Part shown: positions 1 through 7,868 of the stretch, one piece after another
Numbering within the stretch: position 1 is the stretch's first letter
How the letters are laid out: every line of letters begins with the position of its first letter
Virus record (IMG/VR): IMGVR_UViG_3300031555_003590
Span: 228,120-292,119 of that record
Direction: 5' to 3' (one strand)
From: a virus
Taxonomy: Duplodnaviria; Caudoviricetes
DNA length: 64,000 bases
Notes under the pieces: generated by a model
What the model saw: only the letters and a program-made list of their open reading frames with translations
Told to the model about the DNA's origin: nothing
Database searches by the model: none
Program-made: the position numbers and the translations under genes

Positions 1-20
1 CAGTAAGTAGATAATTAATA

Positions 21-61
21 AAAAAAGAAATGGTGGGAACAAAACCCACCATTTCTTTTTT
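21..61. terminator. Bidirectional intrinsic terminator
   Basis: AAAAAAGAAATGGTGGG-aacaaaa-CCCACCATTTCTTTTTT inverted repeat with A/T tails. Confidence 0.85.
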
Positions 62-140
62 AATTTTTAATAATTGTTTCTTCCATTTCTTCTACTTCTT
101 CAATAACTATTTCAGTATCATAATAATCTCTATCACCCAT
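60..140 (-). CDS. 26-aa acidic peptide MGDRDYYDTEIVIEEVEEMEETIIKN (not in ORF track)
   Basis: RBS GAAAGGAGG upstream of ATG at 140; early-type promoter at 207-237; terminator right after the stop. Confidence 0.55.
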   Translation of the reverse strand: MGDRDYYDTEIVIEEVEEMEETIIKN

Positions 141-206
141 TAATATCAATCCTCCTTTCTTATTCAGTATATAGAAAGATTATCAATTACCTTTCTATAT
201 ACTAAT

Positions 207-237
207 ATAATATATAAATCAATATAGTTTATATACG
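207..237 (-). promoter_or_regulatory. Putative early promoter CGTAT-N16-TATATATTAT
   Basis: Same bipartite motif at 7798-7828(-), 19750-19781(-), 26499-26529, 31107-31137, 32139-32169, 33094-33123. Confidence 0.7.
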
Positions 238-284
238 GTATAATATGAGGAATGGTCCTTAATCAGGACCTCCTCATATTATTT

Positions 285-419
285 TTATAATCCTATTGTA
301 AATGTATTTAATATAATTTTATCCATTCGATGTTTAATTTTTAAAATTTTTAAATTTCTACAAATAACATTAATAACCATAATTACAAGTAATGAAAATA
401 TTAACAAAAACTCTAGCAT
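285..419 (-). CDS. 44-aa putative single-pass membrane peptide MLEFLLIFSLLVIMVINVICRNLK...
   Basis: Open frame with hydrophobic N-terminus then basic residues; hairpin at 241-281 follows; weak RBS. Confidence 0.35.
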   Translation of the reverse strand: MLEFLLIFSLLVIMVINVICRNLKILKIKHRMDKIILNTFTIGL

Positions 420-730
420 CCCATTTTCACCAACCCCTATCAAAAATATTAAAATATTATAAAATTAATAATATCTTATCACTATGTAAATTTTATTAAA
501 AAGTATAACATATATCTAATCGTGATTATAAAAATATAGGAATGTTTAGGAATATTAAAAATATTGATTGTAAACTATAATCTGGGTTAAATAAAAACCC
601 AGTTAATATAGATGGCGAAAGCCACCAAACTCCTTTTTAACCCAGATTATATGGGATTACATAAAATATTAAACTTTATTCCATTTTGACAACCTCATTT
701 CTTTTGTTTCATGTGAACCATCCTTTCTGT

Positions 731-772
731 GATATAATACATTGGTCCAAAAATGGACCAATGTATTATATC
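731..772. terminator. Terminator hairpin after the 937-aa gene
   Basis: GATATAATACATTGGTCCA-aaaa-TGGACCAATGTATTATATC. Confidence 0.75.
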
Positions 773-779
773 CATTTAT

Positions 780-3593
780 TTACCAAATAAAATTATTATA
801 AAAATTTACTGATTCTTCAATTGGACCATTTAGAATATCACCTTTATTAATCATATTTTGAATATAAATATCAAATGTATCTCCTAACATTTCATGAAGT
901 TGAATAGTTCCACCTTCATCAGTACCTCTATAAACTTTTTTATCTTTCTTATTGAATACTCGTAAATCAGTTGGAGTAGCAGCAAATATCATCATTTCAT
1001 CTAATTGTTTATTTTTAGAATTGATTTTTGTTAATTCTGCTACTGGGAAGAAGGTTAAATCTCCTGCTAATACACATAACATTGGATTAGCTAATCTATA
1101 AAAATACCTCATTTCATCAGCTACAAATGGATATGTAACTTTAAAAGCATCTTTATCAAAAATACTACCAAAAGTATTTCTACTATTATATTCTTTGCAC
1201 CATTCAATGAATGCAATATAAAGTTTCTTTCTTCTAACTCCATTTTTATCTGATTCTAATCTATCAACTTGTTTAGGACGAGATTCAATTTCAGGAGGAG
1301 TTTCTTGTTTAACAGGTTCTTCTTTAACCTCTTCTTGTGGTATTTCTTTATTTTCAATAGATTGATCTTCTAATGGAATATTTTCTTCTGGTGGAGCTTC
1401 TAATTCAGGAGGTTCATCAGTATCAACTTCATCTTCTATAGGTTGAGTTTCTTCAGATGGGTTCTCTTGATCAGAGATTTCTTCTGGATTAGGAAGTTCT
1501 GGAGGTTCATCATCAAAAGATTCTTCAGCTTCTTTATAATAAAATTTTTCTTCAAATACACTTTCATAGAAATTAGTAGGTAAATTATTAATATCTAATT
1601 GCTTTTGGCTATGTGCATAATCAAGATACTGTTGACATGTAATTCCATATATAGGAGGATTATGTAACCATGATACATATACAGGAGATGTTTTATCATT
1701 ACATTCAGCTTGATGTTTTAATACTACATCAATAATCAATGATCTTAAATCATCATATTTACGAATACCTTGTTGATTTCCCCATGCATTTTCAAACCAC
1801 CAATATGCATCATTCATATGATATGCTAAAAATGTATGAGTAGGAGTAGCAGCCCCATCTTGTAGTTCAATATAAAATACTCCATGTTCAATACCATGTT
1901 TACCAAACCATTGACGTTGCAATTCAACTTGATCCCAACATGTACCTACTCTAGTTTGAGTTAATCTAGTAGGAGATTGTAATCTAAAATATTGATAAAA
2001 ATATTGAGCATCATCATTAGATCCAGTACCATGAGTTTTATTATCCTCACTAGATTTCCATCCATATCTAATATTACTACGCATCCAAGTTAATAATTCA
2101 TATGGAGTTTTTAAATCAATCATAGTATTATAAGCACTTTCACGAAATTCTTCATCATGAACGAACCTATCAATCCAATCTAAGGATTCTTTAATATATT
2201 CAGATATTGATTCATTATAAATAGGAGAATTTCTTAAAGTTGGATCTTTTAATGCTCTAGATCTACGAATAGTCTCACTATTTAAAATAATATTTAATTT
2301 TTTTAATTTATCAATCATTTCACTTTCTGAAACTTTCTTTTTCTTACGTTTTTCATATTCATCTAATTTACCTTTCTTTTCTAACTTAATTTTCAAATTT
2401 TTATTATATGCTTCTATTTGATCATTTCGTAATTTAGTAAATGTTTTTAATTTACCTGCATTTTTCATTATTTCAATAATAGCTTTTCTTAAATCTTTTT
2501 CAGAAGTTCTATTAGCAGCATATCTATCAGCTTCAATTTCATCAAAAGTTAGATGAGTATTTTTAGGATCTTTTCCTTTAAGATATTTATCAGCAGCTAT
2601 TTCTGCATCTTTTCTATGAAGTGATATATTTTTAGAATCTGTATTATCAATCATTTGATCAATAATACTAAGCAGATCATTAGCATCTTTAGCAGCACTA
2701 AGTTGTTTGCTAATTACATCAGATCGTTGTTTATCATCATTCATAAATTTCATATTAAATAATTTTGATTTATCAAAATCTTCTTGTCGATGCATTTTTA
2801 GATGACCAATTTCATGTTGTAATATAGCATCTCTACGTTTTTGATTTTTTGTTTTAAAGAAATCATTACCAGTAATGAGCATATCATCCCCAACAATAGT
2901 AGACATAGTTGCTCTAGGAGTATACTCACCATCTAATTGAATTAATCTACTATTACCAATATCAACTTTTATTCTTTTACCATCTACTTCGATAGTACTA
3001 TCTTTTGGATCATATTTATATTTCTTTTTAAATTTTTCTCTAGCATATTGCTCTCTTGTTTTCTTTTCTTCAAACACTTCAGAATTAAATAAATTAATTC
3101 CAGTTCTTTCCATTATAAATTCATAAATATCATCAAAATTATTTTCAATAGTTTCTTGAAAATTAACTAATTCACCCAGATCTTTTATATGGCGTTCTAA
3201 ATGAGATTTAATTTCTCCACTATATACTCCTTGTTGTTTAGCTCTAGCATATGCAGCTTTAACACCAGGAACTGATAAAACTAATTTATTATTTCGAATT
3301 TCATGATGAGGATATTTACATCCAGATCTACTGAATGGAGTAACTCCATATGGACTATTTTTAATATCTTTAATTGGAGCAATTAAATATGCTTCTTTTA
3401 AGAAATCATTCCATTGTAAATATTTTCCGCTTTTAATTTTCTTTTCTAATTCTTTAGCATCTTCTGGTACATTATCTTTACAATAGAAACTATTCAATAG
3501 TTTATCATAAAAAGAAGCACCAGGATTACTCCATTTACCACTTTTAATAGCACTATCAATACTATTATCAATTTCTAAATGATGTAAACTCAT
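780..3593 (-). CDS. Multidomain probable internal head protein with HExxH Zn-peptidase domain, transglutaminase/papain-like domain and acidic Pro-rich linker
   Basis: ILQHEIGH...EIEADRYA; LLTWMRSNIRYG...VGTCWDQVE...THTFL...WFENAWG; many hydrophobic-x-E-S/A motifs between domains; RBS GAAAGGAG. Confidence 0.65.
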   Translation of the reverse strand: MSLHHLEIDNSIDSAIKSGKWSNPGASFYDKLLNSFYCKDNVPEDAKELEKKIKSGKYLQWNDFLKEAYLIAPIKDIKNSPYGVTPFSRSGCKYPHHEIRNNKLVLSVPGVKAAYARAKQQGVYSGEIKSHLERHIKDLGELVNFQETIENNFDDIYEFIMERTGINLFNSEVFEEKKTREQYAREKFKKKYKYDPKDSTIEVDGKRIKVDIGNSRLIQLDGEYTPRATMSTIVGDDMLITGNDFFKTKNQKRRDAILQHEIGHLKMHRQEDFDKSKLFNMKFMNDDKQRSDVISKQLSAAKDANDLLSIIDQMIDNTDSKNISLHRKDAEIAADKYLKGKDPKNTHLTFDEIEADRYAANRTSEKDLRKAIIEIMKNAGKLKTFTKLRNDQIEAYNKNLKIKLEKKGKLDEYEKRKKKKVSESEMIDKLKKLNIILNSETIRRSRALKDPTLRNSPIYNESISEYIKESLDWIDRFVHDEEFRESAYNTMIDLKTPYELLTWMRSNIRYGWKSSEDNKTHGTGSNDDAQYFYQYFRLQSPTRLTQTRVGTCWDQVELQRQWFGKHGIEHGVFYIELQDGAATPTHTFLAYHMNDAYWWFENAWGNQQGIRKYDDLRSLIIDVVLKHQAECNDKTSPVYVSWLHNPPIYGITCQQYLDYAHSQKQLDINNLPTNFYESVFEEKFYYKEAEESFDDEPPELPNPEEISDQENPSEETQPIEDEVDTDEPPELEAPPEENIPLEDQSIENKEIPQEEVKEEPVKQETPPEIESRPKQVDRLESDKNGVRRKKLYIAFIEWCKEYNSRNTFGSIFDKDAFKVTYPFVADEMRYFYRLANPMLCVLAGDLTFFPVAELTKINSKNKQLDEMMIFAATPTDLRVFNKKDKKVYRGTDEGGTIQLHEMLGDTFDIYIQNMINKGDILNGPIEESVNFYNNFIW

Positions 3594-3804
3594 TTAACAT
3601 ATTCTCCTTTCTATATCAAATATTGTAAATAATTTTTAATATGCGGTACCAATATTACTAAGGTTATATTTAATTACATTATATTAATCTATATTATTAA
3701 TTATATTATAAAGGGGAATTATAATTAATTAATAATTATAGAATTTATATTTATTACCTCCTATTTTATTCCATGGCTCACTCCACAATCCCTCCTTTTG
3801 GAAA

Positions 3805-3842
3805 GTATTAATAGGTGACCTTAATTGGTCACCTATTAATAC
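3805..3842. terminator. Intergenic hairpin between divergent genes
   Basis: GTATTAATAGGTGACC-ttaatt-GGTCACCTATTAATAC. Confidence 0.6.
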
Positions 3843-3864
3843 CGTTTTATTTAAATAATCATCA

Positions 3865-3876
3865 AACGTTTGATTA
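3865..3876 (+). promoter_or_regulatory. Putative late promoter AACG-N6-TA
   Basis: Motif recurs upstream of capsid, sheath, fibre and holin genes; resembles the AR9 late consensus AACA-N6-TA. Confidence 0.5.
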
Positions 3877-3928
3877 ATAATGGTGTATATAAAATAAATA
3901 ATCTTGAGTAAGGGAGTGTTTATATAAT

Positions 3929-5809
3929 ATGAAAATAATTAAAGAACGAACACGTTTAATGTTTACTGAATATAATGAAACAGAAGAAAGAATGTTAGAT
4001 GATTTAGTTGGTACAATGGATAAAGTATTTGCATATAAAGACCCTGATGGAAAAATGATTGGATTTCCTACTGGAATGGAAGATAGTGTTAAACGATTAT
4101 TTCCTAAAATTCCTATTGAAGATAGATCTAAACAATATTGGGATTATGCTGCTATTACTCCAGTGCAACATAATGCACAACCTAGAAATCAATTACAAAT
4201 TGACTTCATTAAATTTACTTTAGAAGAAGCTAATAAAAAGAGAAATGTTGCAGGAATCCTTTCACCTGGTACCGGTAAAGCAAATCCATTATCTACTAAA
4301 ATTAAAACTGAACATGGATTTATTAGAATGGGTGATATTAAAATTGGTGATTCTATCATTGGTACTAATGGAAATACTATTGTAACTGGTGTATATCCTC
4401 AAGGAGTTAAAGATATATTTAAAGTAACTTTAATTGATGGACGAACAACATTATGTACTGCAGAACACTTATGGCAAGTAAAAAATATTATTACAGATAA
4501 AATTGAAATAATTAGTCTAGCAAGATTGATGAGAAGGCATTATAGTCTATATGCTATTCCAGTAGGATATAATATAATTCATTATGTGCCTATTAAAAGT
4601 ATATCATATTCTCATCAAGAAGAAGCTCAATGTATTATGGTAGATGCAGATGATCATCTATATATGATAGATAATGATATTTATACTCATAATACATTTA
4701 TGGCTTGTTATTGTGCTATTAAAGTTGGATTAAAAACTTTAATTATTACCCCAACTAGCAGTATTAAAGGTCAATGGGCTGAAACTCTAATTAAAATGTT
4801 TAATGTTCCAGAAGAAAAAGTTAAATTAATTAATTCACCTAAAGACTTTATTAATAGTAAAGCTGATTTTGTTATTACCACTCAAGCATCTTTGGCATCA
4901 TTAAATAAAACTTATGATTTAGAAAAAATTATGAAAGCTAATAAGTTTGGAATTAAAGTCACTGATGAAGTACAAATGTGGTTTCAGAATATTATCAATG
5001 TAGATGCTAATTGTAATATTGCAAATAACTGGTATCTTACTGGTACATTTGGTAGATCTGGTGATGATGAAAATAAATTATTCCAAGAAATGTTTAGTGA
5101 TTTGGCAATATTTAGAGAAAAAGAAAAAGAACCTACATTACTTAATAGAAAGCCTGGTAATGTATATGGAATGAAACCTCATATGCATGTGAAAATGATG
5201 TGGACTCATTCTGGATTATCTAAAAAAGAAATAGCATCTGTTAGTTCTACTATGAGATATGCTGAAAGAGCTGGTAAATGGATGAGGTATGGTATTAGTA
5301 TACCTGCATATACAGAATTGGTTATTCCTTCAGATGGCACTATGACTAAATTTCTTAAAAATGTTCTTACAGTTATTAAATCAGCTGAAAAAGAAGTTAA
5401 ATATGGTAGAACTTTAATTTTGACATCTACTGTAGCTTCTTGTAATGTGTTACTTGATTATGTATCTAAAATGTTTCCAGATAAAACTGTAGGAACAGTT
5501 AATTCTAAAAATAGTAAAGATCATAATGATAAAGTAAAGGCTGAATATGATATTATAATTTCAACTGATAAATCTGCTGGTACTGGATTTGATGCTAAAG
5601 GTTTAGCTAAACTAATTGTAGTAACACAATATAAATCATGGATTTTAGCAGACCAGATTTCAGGTAGGCTACGAAGAAGAGACGATGGCCGCGATACATA
5701 TATGTGGGATATAGTTGATGCTCAAGTTCCACAGTTACGAGCTTGGGCAAATGCTAGAGCAGATGTATTGCGTAGAAAATCAAAATCATTTAAAGTAGTT
5801 GATTTATAA
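3929..5809 (+). CDS. Superfamily 2 (UvsW-like) DNA helicase containing an intein
   Basis: Walker A SPGTGK/T split by intein, DEVQ, LTGT, QISGRLRR motifs. Confidence 0.85.
   Translation: MKIIKERTRLMFTEYNETEERMLDDLVGTMDKVFAYKDPDGKMIGFPTGMEDSVKRLFPKIPIEDRSKQYWDYAAITPVQHNAQPRNQLQIDFIKFTLEEANKKRNVAGILSPGTGKANPLSTKIKTEHGFIRMGDIKIGDSIIGTNGNTIVTGVYPQGVKDIFKVTLIDGRTTLCTAEHLWQVKNIITDKIEIISLARLMRRHYSLYAIPVGYNIIHYVPIKSISYSHQEEAQCIMVDADDHLYMIDNDIYTHNTFMACYCAIKVGLKTLIITPTSSIKGQWAETLIKMFNVPEEKVKLINSPKDFINSKADFVITTQASLASLNKTYDLEKIMKANKFGIKVTDEVQMWFQNIINVDANCNIANNWYLTGTFGRSGDDENKLFQEMFSDLAIFREKEKEPTLLNRKPGNVYGMKPHMHVKMMWTHSGLSKKEIASVSSTMRYAERAGKWMRYGISIPAYTELVIPSDGTMTKFLKNVLTVIKSAEKEVKYGRTLILTSTVASCNVLLDYVSKMFPDKTVGTVNSKNSKDHNDKVKAEYDIIISTDKSAGTGFDAKGLAKLIVVTQYKSWILADQISGRLRRRDDGRDTYMWDIVDAQVPQLRAWANARADVLRRKSKSFKVVDL
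4280..4693 (+). mobile_element. 138-aa class-3 mini-intein in the helicase P-loop
   Basis: Starts with Ala (ANPL), block B TAEHLW, block F AQCI, block G YTHN then Thr+1, giving the WCT triplet; no endonuclease domain. Confidence 0.9.
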
Positions 5810-5846
5810 TTTATATATTCTATTTGTATAGAAAGGAGTTGTTTAT

Positions 5847-6146
5847 ATGCATGAACAAGATGGAAAAATTCCACTAGGATTATGTAAACAAGCGGTAATG
5901 AAACTAGATTCATTCATTACAGATGTAAAAGAAATTATTGAAGATCCTGATTTAGAAACTGATGATAAACAAGATTTTGAAACTATGGCAGAAATGGCTG
6001 GTACAATGTTAGCAACTATTGTTAATATTGTAAATAAAGAATGTGAAGAACATGTTTTCTTAGGTGAAAAAATTCCAATGGATGGAATTGATGCATATCC
6101 TGATGAAATAGATGATACTGATTTATTAGATACTCCAATTGAATAA
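5847..6146 (+). CDS. Small highly acidic hypothetical protein
   Basis: RBS GAAAGGAG; TATATATTCT element at 5812-5821; roughly 27% Asp/Glu. Confidence 0.8.
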   Translation: MHEQDGKIPLGLCKQAVMKLDSFITDVKEIIEDPDLETDDKQDFETMAEMAGTMLATIVNIVNKECEEHVFLGEKIPMDGIDAYPDEIDDTDLLDTPIE

Positions 6147-6183
6147 AAAATAATGGGGTGGATTATACCACCCCATTATTTTT
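6146..6183. terminator. Bidirectional terminator between convergent genes
   Basis: AAAAATAATGGGGTGG-attata-CCACCCCATTATTTTT. Confidence 0.85.
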
Positions 6184-6189
6184 GTTTTG

Positions 6190-6732
6190 TTACGGCATAT
6201 CACAATAATATGCTTTAATCAATCCACAAAGATATTGTAGATCAACTTCACTAATATTAAAACGCTTATTAATTTTTTCTTTCAATAAATGGATGAAAAT
6301 TGTATCAATACCTTTGCAAATATTACCATAATACTTCCTATATAACTCTACCATTTTCTCTCCATTAGTTTCAGTAGAGATTCTAAGATCATGGTATACT
6401 TTATCGAAGAAATGCCAAGTTTTAATATACATAGTATTTTCATCAATTTCAGGAATTTTATATGTACTATTATCAGTCTGATGAACATCTAGCATATCCA
6501 GCAAAGCAAAGTATACTGCTGAACGAAGCTTATTATAAAAGTAACGTTCATCAATTTCTTCGCCATCATTGGATTTAATATAACTTAGATTTTCAAAAGT
6601 TTTATACACCTCTAGCGTATCAACAATCATATTTCCAACTTTAGAAATAGATTGTTGAATATCTTTTGTTGTTGGAATAGAAAATTTTGGAAGTTCAACA
6701 TTATCTTTATCATGTTGAACTTCACTATCAAC
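6190..6732 (-). CDS. In-frame continuation of the MazF-like gene beyond a single TAA (or a separate 146-aa ORF from 6630)
   Basis: Frame is open from 6732 to 6190, in phase with 6733-7734; no strong RBS before ATG 6630. Confidence 0.6.
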   Translation of the reverse strand, partial: VDSEVQHDKDNVELPKFSIPTTKDIQQSISKVGNMIVDTLEVYKTFENLSYIKSNDGEEIDERYFYNKLRSAVYFALLDMLDVHQTDNSTYKIPEIDENTMYIKTWHFFDKVYHDLRISTETNGEKMVELYRKYYGNICKGIDTIFIHLLKEKINKRFNISEVDLQYLCGLIKAYYCDMP

Positions 6733-7734
6733 TTATTGTTTTTCTTTCATCTTAAAATATTTCTCAATTTTATAAAATTTAGAAACTACACTAGAAATTG
6801 TCAAATCATATTCTTTTGCAGTAGCAACTTTTCCATTAGTCTTATAGAATTCAAGGAACTTTATTTTTTCTTCATCAGAATATCTCCTGCCTTTCTTTTT
6901 ATCAGTCATTTCAGTAGACTTTTTCATTTTAATTGGTTTTGAATCTGGTATAACTGACTCAGCATTAGTTAAATTAGAAGGTTTAAATGCCCAGTCAACA
7001 AACTCAATCTTTCTCAGATTAGTAACATTGCCAGAATATTTTTGTTTAAGAATCAATTGATTGACCAGATCAATGAATTCCATATCTTTAAGATAGGATT
7101 CCATATCATGATCTTTACAGTATTTATCATATGCACATTTTAGATCATAACCAGTTATCCTACTACCATTTTCTTTATATACACATTGAGTAATAAAATC
7201 TCTAATATTAGAAATTTCATCATATGCATAAGTTTGACAGTTATTATTACTAGTATCAGATTCTGTTTTTGATTCAGTTGATTCATTGGTATCAACTTTA
7301 TTATCAAGATCAATACCAGTAATATTTTTTATGTCATGATGATTAACCATCTCTACAATAGTAGGAGTTAATAGTTTCATGACTTCTGCTTCAATTTTTA
7401 ACATAGATTCTTCAGATAGTGTACAGATATATCTGGTTAAAGATTTTGGATTTGCTGGGAATATAGAACGAATTTTTGCATATGAATAATTTTCATTAAA
7501 CAGATGCATGAGATGAATTTTAACATCATTTGGATCATTGTTAGTAGAAGAGCAAGGAATAACAAGGATCATATTATTTGTAATCGTTTTTGTTGTTTGT
7601 GCAATGATGCAATATCGATTATATCTCATATTTACATCATTATTTGGTACATTAATACCAAATTCTTTTTTGCCACAGATTGGATCTTCCCAGTACCATA
7701 CTTGACCACGAATAAACATAGTCGAACGTTCCAT
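6733..7734 (-). CDS. PemK/MazF-like domain fused to winged-helix and HTH-like domains
   Basis: N-terminal RGQVWYWED...RYCIIAQ...ILVIPCSS pattern; C-terminal RRYSDEEKIKFL...ATAKEYDLTISSV HTH; early promoter at 7798-7828. Confidence 0.65.
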   Translation of the reverse strand: MERSTMFIRGQVWYWEDPICGKKEFGINVPNNDVNMRYNRYCIIAQTTKTITNNMILVIPCSSTNNDPNDVKIHLMHLFNENYSYAKIRSIFPANPKSLTRYICTLSEESMLKIEAEVMKLLTPTIVEMVNHHDIKNITGIDLDNKVDTNESTESKTESDTSNNNCQTYAYDEISNIRDFITQCVYKENGSRITGYDLKCAYDKYCKDHDMESYLKDMEFIDLVNQLILKQKYSGNVTNLRKIEFVDWAFKPSNLTNAESVIPDSKPIKMKKSTEMTDKKKGRRYSDEEKIKFLEFYKTNGKVATAKEYDLTISSVVSKFYKIEKYFKMKEKQ

Positions 7735-7797
7735 TGATTCAAATCACTGCCTTTCATAAATTATTAATTTTGCTATGTAATTTGCTCTTCTATTATA

Positions 7798-7828
7798 ATA
7801 ATATATAAATAAAAATAAATAATATACT
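7798..7828 (-). promoter_or_regulatory. Putative early promoter AGTAT-N16-TATATATTAT
   Basis: Recurrent bipartite motif. Confidence 0.65.
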
Positions 7829-7831
7829 AAA

Positions 7832-7868
7832 AATAATGATGAGAGGTATAATACCTCTCATCATTATT
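7832..7868. terminator. Terminator after the helicase gene
   Basis: AATAATGATGAGAGGTA-taa-TACCTCTCATCATTATT. Confidence 0.8.
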
